This document shows positions 1 through 10,177 of a stretch of DNA of 32,000 bases, piece by piece (the first letter of the stretch is position 1; each line of letters starts with the position of its first letter). Source of the DNA: Amoeboradix gromovi X-113 (taxonomy: Eukaryota > Fungi > Sanchytriomycota). The DNA lies in the NCBI GenBank assembly GCA_018985225.1, contig JADGIF010000025.1, forward strand, positions 3,451-35,450. Reading direction: 5' to 3'. The position numbers and the translations under genes were made by a program. The notes under the pieces were generated by a model. The model was given only the letters and a program-made list of their open reading frames with translations, ran no database searches and was not told the origin of the DNA.

Positions 1-109
1 TCTCAGGGTAGTGAAAGCGTGAGCAACCACTGTAACGGAGCATCTAGTATTGATAGTTTCTCTATGGAAATTCTCGATTTTCTCGGAAATCAAGACTTTT
101 AACGAGGAA
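1..109 (+). mobile_element. IS607/Fanzor2-derived element copy A, right end (putative omegaRNA scaffold); truncated by the window edge
   Basis: Near-identical to the 3' ends of the copies at 18270-18377 and 9870-9970 (gtgaaagcgtgagcaa..ggaaattctcgattttctcggaaatcaagacttttaacgagga). Confidence 0.85.
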
Positions 110-1256
110 TACCTTATCAGGCTATTACACTTGCAGTTAAACGGACTAAAGCAGCATAAAGTGACGAAGAAGCCCTTAATTCTTAGTCAGGGAGTACTTG
201 TTAACTACGTCAGAAAGACATTTCAGCTTATGTGGGACCCAATATTAGAAAATATCCCACTATAAGTCGGAGAACCACCTAGAAAGATGTGTCAGTCCAA
301 CAATATGTCATCAAGCCTTTTTTCAACACGAAAAATGCACTGGCAATCTCTTTCGAAATAGCTTGGCAGATTAGCACTTGAGCATATATTTCAGGATCTC
401 AACTGACAATCATTTTCATACTATGTCTTGATGTTTGTATGTCATATCTGATGACATTAAGATGTCGGATTCCTGTTGTGGTTTCTACATGTCCTTTCTA
501 CTTGGAAATGAGGACATCATGTCAGAATGGGCTTTATATATCTGAATATTGATAGACAAAAAAGATATTTTAGTTATTGCACAATTGTACCACATGCAAT
601 ACTAATGAGTCAGCTCATTAAGAGACATATGTTTTAATGCCTTAATAGACCAACATAGTTTTGTTGGTTACCTTAAAGGAAGACAAAACCTGAAATAATG
701 GTTAACACCCGAATACTCGACTAAAATGATCGACTCAATCGACAATGTATGTCCAGGGTTACAATATGCAATAAAGGCTACCGGAATTTTCTGAACTGTT
801 ATGTAAACACCTATAACCAAACCGTTAGATCCCAAATTAGATATTCAGAAAAACCAGCTGGTCTCCAAAAAAGAAAAGATTTTATGGATATGGTAAAAGT
901 ATACTAGCGTTGCTTATTTCTGAGTTCAGTGTATCCAAAGACTTCTAAAACTGTTGTGGGAATGATAGCAAATACAACAGCATTCTGCGTTCCCATGTAT
1001 CCCAAGTAACGCTGGTATGCCCACTAATCTGGAGTCTTTGGATCTGAATGTTTGTTGTAACCATCCTCACGTTATTGAAAGTCTACTTATTTGCAATGCT
1101 AGACTTGACTGGAGAAGAAGCGTAATCATTAGCGATGATAAGTCGCCTAAAGCATAGGCGGTATAATATGAACCTTGCTAATTGAGTTTATCTACTCTTT
1201 GAGACATTTGTTTTAGAAACTTCTGCAAAGTGTATCATTGTGAGGAGTAAACACAA

Positions 1257-2405
1257 ATGGTCCCCAAGAAATCAAAAAGCAAGAGGACGACTCTTAAAAT
1301 GAAGTATAAGATTGAAAAGAGAGTGAATGACCATCATCGCAAACAAAGAAAAGAAGCTAAGAAAATTGGAGGAAAGAAGAAGAAAATTGTCGATACTGTA
1401 CCTAAAATGATGCCAAACCGTGAGTCTATAATTGCCAATCTACAAAACCGTAAACCTTTACTCCAAATGACAGAGATGGTTAAAAGAGATGCTCCTGTAC
1501 TAGTTCCTGAAGAAAAAAAAGAAATTATAGTGCAGTCTGGTAATCGTCTAGTTCACCAAGCTATCGATGCTGCTGAGGCTGTTGTTGAGATATTGGATGC
1601 CCGTTGTCCCGAGGCATTTAGAAATTTCACAGTTGAGAAATACATCCAAAGCACTAAAAAACCATTTTTTAAAGTCCTGACTAAAATAGATCTAGTTCAC
1701 GCATCAGTTGCTGAGAAGTGGAAAAAGGCGATAAATGGCACTGTTTTTATGGTAAAGTGCAACACTCAATCTCAAAAATATAATTTGAGTAGAAATTCTG
1801 GTCCTTCTAGTGCCAAGGGCATTGATGCCTTGTATGGTCAATTAATGAAATATAGAACTGTTGCATTCTTCGGTGCCCCAAGTGTTGGTAAATCTAGCTT
1901 AATCAACTCATTGTGTCGAGAAAGAGTAGCCCAAAGTGGAAAGAATGACGGGACTACTAAAGGATTGATGGAAGTCGCAGTTTCTAAAAAATTGAAAGTT
2001 CTGGATACACCAGGAATTTATCCCGATAACAACAACAATTTAATCAAAATTCTTCAAAACAGAGACGTTGAATTAATGTTTAAATGGTTTGTCGAAAGCA
2101 ATGGCTTACACCATTTGGTACTAGCTTACAACATTCCACATGTGCTTACATGTGATGACTTTGTTAAGGCTATAGCGGATCGATTCAAGTATTTTTCCAA
2201 AGGCAAAATAGATTTGTATAGAGCTACAGAAAAGATTATCAAAGACTTTAGAGATCTAGGATTCTGGCAATGCGAACCAGCTCCGTCAGGCAAAGGGTTC
2301 ATTTTATGTCCTTCAATGGCTACTGGCATGGACATAGATGTGGATTCCCCAATTCCCAGTGATGATAATATGGATGAGTTCATGCAAGATGATTTAGGTC
2401 AGTAA
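1257..2405 (+). CDS. NUG1: Nucleolar circularly permuted GTPase Nug1/GNL3 family
   Basis: N-terminal GN3L_Grn1-like basic domain (KSKRTTLKMKYKIEKRVNDHHRK), EILDARCP, TKID (G4), GAPSVGKSSLIN (G1), DTPG (G3). Confidence 0.92.
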   Translation: MVPKKSKSKRTTLKMKYKIEKRVNDHHRKQRKEAKKIGGKKKKIVDTVPKMMPNRESIIANLQNRKPLLQMTEMVKRDAPVLVPEEKKEIIVQSGNRLVHQAIDAAEAVVEILDARCPEAFRNFTVEKYIQSTKKPFFKVLTKIDLVHASVAEKWKKAINGTVFMVKCNTQSQKYNLSRNSGPSSAKGIDALYGQLMKYRTVAFFGAPSVGKSSLINSLCRERVAQSGKNDGTTKGLMEVAVSKKLKVLDTPGIYPDNNNNLIKILQNRDVELMFKWFVESNGLHHLVLAYNIPHVLTCDDFVKAIADRFKYFSKGKIDLYRATEKIIKDFRDLGFWQCEPAPSGKGFILCPSMATGMDIDVDSPIPSDDNMDEFMQDDLGQ

Positions 2406-2447
2406 ATTTATTAAGCAAACACTTTGCTCTCCTGTGAATTACGTTGT

Positions 2448-2983
2448 CTCCGCATTAAAAGTCCTGATTTCTTAAAAATCGAGAATTTCCACAGAGAAAC
2501 TAATGCTAGATCTCCGTTACAGTGATTGCTCACGCTTTCACTACCCTGAGACGGGATTGAATAAGGATGCATATACTTGTATATGCTCCTTACTGCCGTA
2601 TGGTCTCTATCTATTTCCAAATGACAATTTGTACATGTGTATGTTTCTAAGTTGGTTTTCTTTAGAGTACCATACCTTGTACATGTCTGACTAGCAAATG
2701 CTTCATTACATTCAACCATCTTCTTTCCTCTTTGTTTACACTTGAACTTCAACCATTCCTTGAATAAATTGTACAGATATCGCTGTCTAGGCATTGAAAG
2801 ACACCTAATTCTTCCATGTTTGGAACAATTCCTCAACGTCGATGAATGTATGCTGTACCTATTAGTTATTTCTTCAGATTTGACTTGCCATTTGCGAAAA
2901 TGAAGAGCATCGAGTATTTAAGGTATTGGAAAAATCTGAGAAAGTCCTGCGATTACATAGAGATTCTCTATAAATGATTTATT
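2448..2983 (-). mobile_element. IS607/Fanzor2-derived non-autonomous element copy B (TnpA-HTH remnant fused to Fanzor C-terminus, plus right end)
   Basis: Minus-strand translation STLRNCSKHGRIRCLSMPRQRYLYNL|FKEWLKFKCKQRG..ECNEAFASQTC..CTNC..DRDH; ends caggacttttaatgcggag; left end aataaatcatttat shared with copy H. Confidence 0.88.
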
Positions 2984-3076
2984 TTACAAAATTCAATAGC
3001 TGTAGCGCGTCTTTTTCCACTTTGAAATCGTAGAAATTATATCGTTACTGGAAATTTATATTTTCCAGTCAAACAG

Positions 3077-3112
3077 CTCGATTTTTAAGAAATCAGGACT
3101 TTTAGCGAGGGA
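3077..3112 (+). repeat. Short right-end remnant of the IS607/Fanzor element (copy C)
   Basis: ctcgatttttaagaaatcaggacttttagcgaggga closely matches the terminus of copy B. Confidence 0.7.
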
Positions 3113-3166
3113 TGGAATTAGTACCTCAAGAAGCGGTATAGTGGAAAAAGAGCAGAGTTCAATTTA

Positions 3167-4225
3167 TTAGCAAAATAAATCATGTTCACCGTCCATCCAC
3201 AATTTGGGTGCTTTTTTCATTGTCCTACCATTTATTTCAACAAACTCAGGATAAATCATTTCCTCTTGAATCTTCTCCTTTATAACAGTCTTTTCAAAGT
3301 CTTTACAATTATAGTCGATCCCCTCAACATCTTCTAAATTCCACATAGCTCTCTTCTTACTGCTTTTATGGTCCGAGTCTATCCATTGCTGTCCAAATGA
3401 ATCAAATAGTCCACTAATATCCGCATGGTAATGCTTTTGGAGTGCTTTGATCTCATATGCTTGATTAGTGTGTTCGCTAGTCGCTGAGTATTCACCGACG
3501 TTGTGTGGAGAAGTGTCATGAATTAAATCCCACAGAGCAGGTTTAAATTTTCTAATCAAGTTACAAAGGACAACTGCAATTCTACTGCATGTACCGAGAT
3601 CACATAAAACAGCTACTGAGCATAGCAACTTGAAATAATTTCGCAAATAAACGTGAGAGAGTCCAATTGAATTCAAAATGGTATTAACCAGTTCTAGTCC
3701 ATTAGGCTCATTAACAATGAAGGGCAACAGCTCATATACTTTGCTGTAGAACAGTTCTACCTGTAAGTTCTTCTTAACCATCAAAAACATTAAAGCTTCT
3801 AAGCAACTCAATAAGGACTGGTTAGTAGGTTCTAACAAGTTCAACAAAATCCCGAATAGTTTTTCAGGATGCGGTAGATGATAAATATACTTGAGACCGT
3901 ACTCTAGTAATTCTGATCTGTTTAGTTGAACTAATATCTTTTCTAGCAAACTGTAATGGTTCTTTTGTAGTAAGCAAGGATGGCGTTCAACTTTAATCAA
4001 AGTCTTAGTTTCTGCTGACATGGTAATAAAGTCTTTTAGCTTAGGATTTTCTTGAATATGAGAATTAATAATTTTTAATGTGAAGTATCTGACATCCATT
4101 AGCTGCATGCATTTCTTAAAATGCTTAGGATCTATTTCTAACAGCAACCTTAGGTGGTCTTCAATTGGCCACTGATGTACCACAGATATTGATTTTAGAA
4201 ATGAAGTTATATTCTCTTTGGTCAT
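3167..4225 (-). CDS. NOC4: Noc4-like CBF/Mak21 domain ribosome biogenesis protein
   Basis: LEALMFLMVKKNL..FYSKVYELL, YFKLL, CNLIRK, YEIKALQKHYHADIS fit the CBF domain of Noc4. Confidence 0.72.
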   Translation of the reverse strand: MTKENITSFLKSISVVHQWPIEDHLRLLLEIDPKHFKKCMQLMDVRYFTLKIINSHIQENPKLKDFITMSAETKTLIKVERHPCLLQKNHYSLLEKILVQLNRSELLEYGLKYIYHLPHPEKLFGILLNLLEPTNQSLLSCLEALMFLMVKKNLQVELFYSKVYELLPFIVNEPNGLELVNTILNSIGLSHVYLRNYFKLLCSVAVLCDLGTCSRIAVVLCNLIRKFKPALWDLIHDTSPHNVGEYSATSEHTNQAYEIKALQKHYHADISGLFDSFGQQWIDSDHKSSKKRAMWNLEDVEGIDYNCKDFEKTVIKEKIQEEMIYPEFVEINGRTMKKAPKLWMDGEHDLFC

Positions 4226-4364
4226 TTAACCTCCTTGCTTGACCCAAATTACTCAGATTAGATTCTTAAGCATTCCATGAGTGAAACTCTGATGACCTCT
4301 CGGTGAAGCTAAATGAAATATCACCGTTATTATTCTCTGCAATTTTTAGTAAAGATATTAATAT

Positions 4365-6074
4365 TTATTCATTTTTATATTTAAATGCAACTAGTTGTAG
4401 AATATACAAATACTCAAAATACCATCCATTCAAGGTGCAAGAAGAAAGCAGCAACAGTCCAACATCGCGCTGTACATTTGGTAGCAATGGCAACACACCA
4501 TAAATTCCATTAATCGCCAGTTCTGTCCAATTTGCAACGTAGATAAGTCTGTAATCCGCCAGTAATCTCAAAATAGTTTGTAACAAGCACATTATTCCTA
4601 TTACCTGATTTATCCTGGATTTCTTAATAAAGTACAAGCAAGTTATTATTATGTTAACGTGTTGAATTGGAGCAAGGGCTAAGAGTATAATGTTGTAGTT
4701 TGTAGGAAACAGATACAATGCCTTGTTCAAGACGCTAATTAACCACTGTAACAATTGTTTAAGCACAAATGCAAGAAATATAAATAGCGGAATATTCCAC
4801 GCTTTATCGAGGATTGAAGTGGTATCATTTAGATTGTAAATTAAGAAAACAAAAGCATAGTATACGCCATATTTAACGGACAACAGCGCGGTAGTTGTAA
4901 TTATTGTTGAGTAGTGTTCCCTTATGCTTTTAACCATTAAAATAGGATTTACTGAAATTGAAGAATTACAAAAGGGCTCCAAGAGAATTCTGTTATTCAC
5001 GGGCGTAACAAAATGCAAACCGGATTGACCTTCTGTCTGTTTATACATTGTTTTACCTGACATCAAGATCAATGTACAATTGGAATGATGTGAATATAAA
5101 TACTGGGATGGGATGCTGATCGATTGCCAATTACGGGACCTGAATGATCTGTTTATAAATGCGCTGTTAATGCTCTCAATTTGTGTCAATTGATACGTCT
5201 TGTTGTAGTTTATTTGGTAAGTATCTGGGGTCAAATAATGTATATATTCATCTTTATAGCTGATTCCATTAGGGCTATGACTGCTGTGATTTAATGTGTA
5301 GTTAGCAATGCCTACTAATAAACTAGAGTTTTCAACAGTGATTTTGGCGTGCTTATTTAGTATATGAGAAATTAAAGTTATTTTATTTCTATTCGTGTAG
5401 TAATCCACAATCTTTAGTATCAGCTGGTTACACCATAATATAGCTAGATGGTCAACACCGGTATCTATTAATTCATAAGTTGAAGTTGCATTTTTGAACA
5501 AAAGCGGACTAACTTGGATATCACGATAGCCACCGTAAACAGATAAATGATGGAGAGGCAGTTGGTTTATATGATATAATTTTGGATCAACTGGAGTCGG
5601 AGGCGCATTCGGGGATGCCAAGGTAACTATGGAGTTCAGTTTTAGATCTTTTAGTTGCAAAGCATAGCGAAGGACAAAAGATCCCATTGAATGAGACATT
5701 ATGCTTATAGGAATATCAGGATGCAATTTATTTATATGATCGATCACTTTGATGAAGAACAACGCTTGTTGCTTAACAATATTTAGACTAAAAACACTAA
5801 ACTCTTCATTAAAATCGATAGAATATACTTGAAATGGTGCAACTTTAACTAGTTCACTCCCTAATGACCTTACTTGTTTATACGATCCTTTATTACCTGG
5901 CATAAACAATAATACTTCACTAACTCTTGAATGGATGTAATTTCTATCATAATATTGATATAATGCATAATAATCTTGAAGTATCAATTTGTAGTTAGGA
6001 TTCATCCATGTCATTCGGCAATGTTGAGATTCTGTTGGCATTTGGATTGCAGATAATAAAAATGGCAGAATCAT
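4365..6074 (-). CDS. BST1: GPI inositol deacylase (PGAP1/Bst1), shortened; start at 6074 or 6119
   Basis: VLLFMPGNKGSYKQVRSLG, YSIDFNEEFS, SHSMG catalytic serine, DHLAILWCNQL, C-terminal TM region. Confidence 0.9.
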   Translation of the reverse strand: MILPFLLSAIQMPTESQHCRMTWMNPNYKLILQDYYALYQYYDRNYIHSRVSEVLLFMPGNKGSYKQVRSLGSELVKVAPFQVYSIDFNEEFSVFSLNIVKQQALFFIKVIDHINKLHPDIPISIMSHSMGSFVLRYALQLKDLKLNSIVTLASPNAPPTPVDPKLYHINQLPLHHLSVYGGYRDIQVSPLLFKNATSTYELIDTGVDHLAILWCNQLILKIVDYYTNRNKITLISHILNKHAKITVENSSLLVGIANYTLNHSSHSPNGISYKDEYIHYLTPDTYQINYNKTYQLTQIESINSAFINRSFRSRNWQSISIPSQYLYSHHSNCTLILMSGKTMYKQTEGQSGLHFVTPVNNRILLEPFCNSSISVNPILMVKSIREHYSTIITTTALLSVKYGVYYAFVFLIYNLNDTTSILDKAWNIPLFIFLAFVLKQLLQWLISVLNKALYLFPTNYNIILLALAPIQHVNIIITCLYFIKKSRINQVIGIMCLLQTILRLLADYRLIYVANWTELAINGIYGVLPLLPNVQRDVGLLLLSSCTLNGWYFEYLYILQLVAFKYKNE

Positions 6075-6894
6075 AAAACAAATTGGAGAGCTTGGATTCC
6101 CTGCAAACATCAAGGCCACTGATCCAGGACTTGCGTTGGGTAATTAGAATTAAGCTTTCACTTAATTAATTATATAAGATTTGCTTACACCAGTTGCGAT
6201 GCTCGGATGTATTTATCGTTTCTCTACTTTTAGAAACAAACAAGGAATTAGTAAACCAATATACTTCTATACAGCACGTAAACTGGCTCAAATTATAAAG
6301 AATGCAATGGCTCTTTCCTTTGCACTGGTAACTTCGATCACCACACTAAATCTCTACTGATGATATTGCTTCAGTGTCTTTGCATTTATATGCTGGTCTT
6401 TCCCAACACTCTTTTTACATATCAGATCTAAATTTGTCGCATTTCTGATGTTAGCGATCACTCTAGAGTGAGTGCAAGGTTCTGTACCACGGTGCGCTCT
6501 ATATTTGGACACCTTACTTGTCCGGGTTCCAATAAGCCATCTCTTTTTTCGCTGTCTTTTATTAAATCCACACTATTCTCCATAGAGTATGAACAGCTAC
6601 AGCAAGTTTTTAGCTTGAAGGTTGATTCTTCGATTCTGCAGATGCATTCACAACTAACAATTACATCACAAAATTATGGTCAGTCAGTCTTCTTGGATCA
6701 GCAGTACTTCTTTTAATTTCACAAAGCATTTATCGTGACCATGTGAATTCTATCGCTCAAGTAGCCTACTTCATTGATAAGAAAAAAGGATTTTGAAAGA
6801 CTGGTCAGTACTTTGTATTAAGACTTTATAGGTGCCATAATTATTAAAGACATTGAAAGCCGTCATTTCTAAGTAAATCGGGAAAAGATTGAAC

Positions 6895-7043
6895 CAAGGA
6901 ATACACATGAACTAAATCCATCCTATTCAATTCAGCCTCCGTATAGTGGAAGTGTATGCAACCACTACAAGGAATCGACTAACATTGTTAACCTCTGTAC
7001 GTAAATTCTTGGTTTCTCACAAATCAGGAAGTGTAATCAGGAG
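6895..7043 (+). repeat. Old degenerate IS607/Fanzor element 3' part (copy D)
   Basis: Colinear similarity to 18226-18377 (caaggaata..atcctattcaattcagcctc..tagtggaagtgt..aaattcttggtttctcacaaatcagga..caggag). Confidence 0.6.
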
Positions 7044-7260
7044 ATTAAGTATAAGTGGTTGACTAGATAACTTTGATTTACTTTTACTAACAATCAATTC
7101 CAATTCAATAAATTGTTATTAATGATTTAATGAATTTACCGCGCCATTATTCCCTATTAATGGAGCTTTCTGATTGAATAAAAGCAAGATAATCTCTTTT
7201 CCATCCGTAGCAATTCCCGGAAATAAATTAATGTAAAATAACAAAAAGGTTACAATTCAA

Positions 7261-7449
7261 ACGTGTACTATTTACGCAGATCTAAAGAAAGCTATTCTGG
7301 GACACTTAGACTTGAAATGTATACACACTTGTTGCATTACGATCAATGTCTTATGCGCGTTAGCGGCCATTGTAACGGATCGACCGATTTTTCCAGTTAC
7401 TCTGTAAAAATTCTTGATGTCCGAGGAAAGTAGAACTTTTAATGAGGAG
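7261..7449 (+). repeat. Old degenerate IS607/Fanzor element 3' part (copy E)
   Basis: gcgttagcggccattgtaacgga..tctgtaaaaattcttgat..gaacttttaatgaggag aligns with the consensus right end; tctaaagaaa at ~7281 matches the Fanzor coding part. Confidence 0.62.
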
Positions 7450-7494
7450 TTGTATTAATGTTTCAAATATCGCGAATGGTTGGTGGCTGGAAAA

Positions 7495-8469
7495 ATGGAT
7501 GATTTGAGCTCTCTTCTACAATCTCTTCCAAATAAAGTGGACCAAAAAAAGGAGCAAGGTAGATATACACAGGCTATAAACAACCTGCAAAAAGCTGGTG
7601 AGCAAGCTGAAAACTTAAAATCTGATGAACCTGTAAAAGAAATATTAAAGAAAGAACTATTTCAGGAGTTAAAGAAAGATAAATCATCTCCTTCTGTTGG
7701 TAAACAAGCTATAGTTGAATTATGTCGTGGGTGTGGGTTACCAATAACAAAACAGAATCATGAGGATGGTGTCGCCGTCCTAATTGCTGAATCACTTCCT
7801 TTCCATCTCGATTGTCTTAAATGTAAAGCATGTGATAAAGCATTACTTGATGAAGTTTATGACTTACAAGGTCATATTTACTGCTTAGAGCACTATGAAG
7901 AAATAAACGGCAGCAAATGTGGCTTTTGCAATGAGCTAATAACTGAATCGTATATCAATGCATTAGATAAGAAATGGCATCCAGAACACTTTTTTTGCTC
8001 TCACTGCGGTGTTTTATTTGAAGATGGTCAGTTTATGGAGAACGAAGGTAAGCCTTACTGCAAACCCCATTTTTTACAGCTCTTTGCTCCTAGTTGTGCT
8101 AAATGTTCAAAACCTATAAGTGAAGAAGGTTTAAACGCGTTAAATCAAATGTTTCACGCTAGCTGCTTTGTTTGTTTTGTACATTAATAACTAATTTAGC
8201 ATTGTAACCAGCCCTTTAAAAATGGTCAGTTTTATGCCATCGACAGCAAACCATATTGCTTGCAACATTATCACGAACTGAAAGGCACTGTTTGTGCACA
8301 ATGCAATAAAGCTATTATGGGTAGAACTGTAAATGCGCTAGGTAAATCATGGCATGCGGATCACTTTGCCTGCACTTTTTGCAAGAAACTGCTAACAAGC
8401 AATGTACCATTCAAGTCAAATGAAGGAAAACCATATTGCTCCACATGTCATGTTAAGTTGTATGGGTGA
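7495..8469 (+). CDS. PXL1: Paxillin-like LIM-domain protein; join 7495-8178, 8200-8469
   Basis: N-terminal LD motif MDDLSSLL; four LIM domains once the 21-nt intron is removed (HASCFVCF|HCNQPF..PYCLQHY). Confidence 0.88.
8179..8199 (+). other. 21-nt spliceosomal intron
   Basis: gtacattaataactaatttag; contains in-frame stops and its removal restores the LIM CxxC. Confidence 0.88.
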
Positions 8470-8710
8470 GGTTCGCAAGTAAATATCCAGTTCTATAATA
8501 CTAGTTTTGAACACTTTAAAGCCTTCTTAGATCCCGCTTGCGGTAATAATTGAGTTAATACAAGTTCTCAAACCCTTCTGAATGTATAAAATTCCAACGA
8601 ACCATAATTTTATATTTGGAAGCAAATTGTTGATATCTCTTAGAAAACTACTATTTATCGGTTTTGGTTTTAAGTATATTTATTAATATATTTGGAAACG
8701 TCAAATTTGA

Positions 8711-8914
8711 TCAATCTAGCACTGGAACTTGAATGAATTCATGATCCTCAAAATAATCTCTTAAACCAACTTCGCAATCATGAATTTTGAACAAAATAGG
8801 TTCTAGGAGTACTTCCTCATCAAGAGAGTCATGGGCACTCTCAATGTGCGATGTAAGCTTGTGTTTTAATGTTCTTTCAGATTTCCTTCTGGTATTGGTG
8901 ATATCTTGTAACAT
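8711..8914 (-). CDS. Small hypothetical protein (67 aa)
   Basis: ATG-initiated ORF with an LQDITN motif and an acidic middle part; no family recognised. Confidence 0.4.
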   Translation of the reverse strand: MLQDITNTRRKSERTLKHKLTSHIESAHDSLDEEVLLEPILFKIHDCEVGLRDYFEDHEFIQVPVLD

Positions 8915-8922
8915 GATACTTT

Positions 8923-9370
8923 CTCCACGTTAATAGTCCTGATTTCCGAGAAAATCGAGAATTTCCAGAGAAACTAGCAGTGCTAAATGCTCCATTACAG
9001 TGACTGCTCACGCTTGCACTACCTTGAGGCGGTATTTAATAATGATGTATATACTTGATGTATATATTCCTTGTTGTCAAATGATCTCTATTGTCGCACA
9101 AGTGGTAAGACCAACACACTTTAGCTTTGCTTAGTCACATAAGAATTATTAAATAAATAGTTTACGGGTTTACTTATCGTTGACCTCTTTTGAAGGTGGG
9201 TTGAAAGACATCTAATTCTTCCATGTTTGGACTAGTTCCTCGACATTGATGAATGTATGCTGTACCTATCAGTTATTTCTTTAAATTTGACATATTCGGG
9301 ATTACATCCATTGATTCCATTTACCATTTGTGAAAATGAAGAATATAGAGCATTTATAGCATTGGAATAG
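8923..9370 (-). mobile_element. IS607/Fanzor-derived element copy F (TnpA N-terminal remnant, unrelated internal segment ~9091-9199, right end)
   Basis: Minus strand reads MVNGINGCNPEYVKFKEITDRYSIHSSMSRN*SKHGRIRCLS; ends ggaaatcaggactattaacgtggag. Confidence 0.85.
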
Positions 9371-9378
9371 TCATGAAA

Positions 9379-9970
9379 TTATGTGGAATTTTTATATATT
9401 TTTGTATCATTTCAATACTTTTCCAGATTTTTTTAATAGCTCAAATACTCGATATTCTTCCTTTTCGCAAATGGTAAATGGAGTAAATAGATGTAATCCC
9501 AAATATGTCAAATTTAAAGAAATAATTAACAGGTACAGCATACAAAGACTTATGATTTTTTATACTTACCCTCGTTCAATACGAGCCAGATGCTAAGTAG
9601 CTTGTCGAGCAAGGTCGCAAGAAACATGGCTACAATGTCCCATTACGCATTCAAGGAATGCTTGAAGTTCAAGTGTAAGCAAAGAGGAAAGACGATAATC
9701 GAATGCAATGAATCATTTACTAGTCAGATATGTACAAGGTGTGGTACTCTAAAGAAAACCAGTTTAGAAACCTACACCTGTACCAATTGTCATTGGAGAT
9801 AGATAGAGACCATATGGCAGCAAGGAGCATATACATCAAGTATCTGCATCCTTATTCAATCCCGCCTATGAGTAGTGAAAGCGTGACCGATCACTGTAAC
9901 GGAGAAACTAGCATTAGTTTCTCTGTGGAAATTCTCGATTTTCTCGGAAATCAGGATTTTTAACAAGTAG
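9379..9970 (+). mobile_element. IS607/Fanzor2-derived element copy G, with the longest Fanzor2 remnant
   Basis: TnpA start at 9471 (MVNGVNRCNPKYVKFKEIINRYSI), deletion junction at ~9543, then Fanzor frame; right end ..tcaggatttttaacaagtag. Confidence 0.9.
9545..9850 (+). pseudogene. Fanzor2 (IS607 TnpB-like) C-terminal fragment with a 1-nt frameshift at ~9795
   Basis: KTYDFLYLPSFNTSQMLSSLSSKVARNMATMSHYAFKECLKFKCKQRGKTIIECNESFTSQICTRCG..YTCTNCH/LEIDRDHMAARSIYIKYL: Pro at canonical RuvC-II, relocated Glu, CxxC-CxxC zinc ribbon, RuvC-III Asp. Confidence 0.9.
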
Positions 9971-10177
9971 AATGTAACGCTTTGAATATATGGATCAGAT
10001 TTATTAACTGGTATTTTAATATGCTCTCCAGAAAGTACTTCAGTATTATAAGAGTTATACGATTCTTAAATGAGTCTATTATGCAGAACAACTACTCTAT
10101 TCAAAAACTTATACCTTTTGAAAAGTTTGTCTAGCCGTGGTAGAGCGTGCACCACCGGGTATAATCAAAGTATTACT

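Noticed and set aside
50-265. 71-aa ORF, and similar ORFs at 9730-9963, 18451-18663 and 2503-2694
   Set aside because: These are read-throughs or alternative frames of the repeat's right end, not independent genes.
880-1207. Possible minus-strand LYR-like gene using an 18-nt intron (MSQK|TRFILYRLCFRR)
   Set aside because: The downstream frame needs a second, non-consensus intron and gives no recognisable protein, so it cannot be supported.
8179-8199. Stop-codon reassignment as an explanation for split genes
   Set aside because: TAA and TGA terminate conserved genes normally, and most breaks change frame and are bounded by GT..AG.
10135-10160. tggtagagcg resembling a tRNA D-arm/A-box, within a small hairpin
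   Set aside because: There is no T-arm or acceptor stem, and no Helitron CTRR terminus follows.
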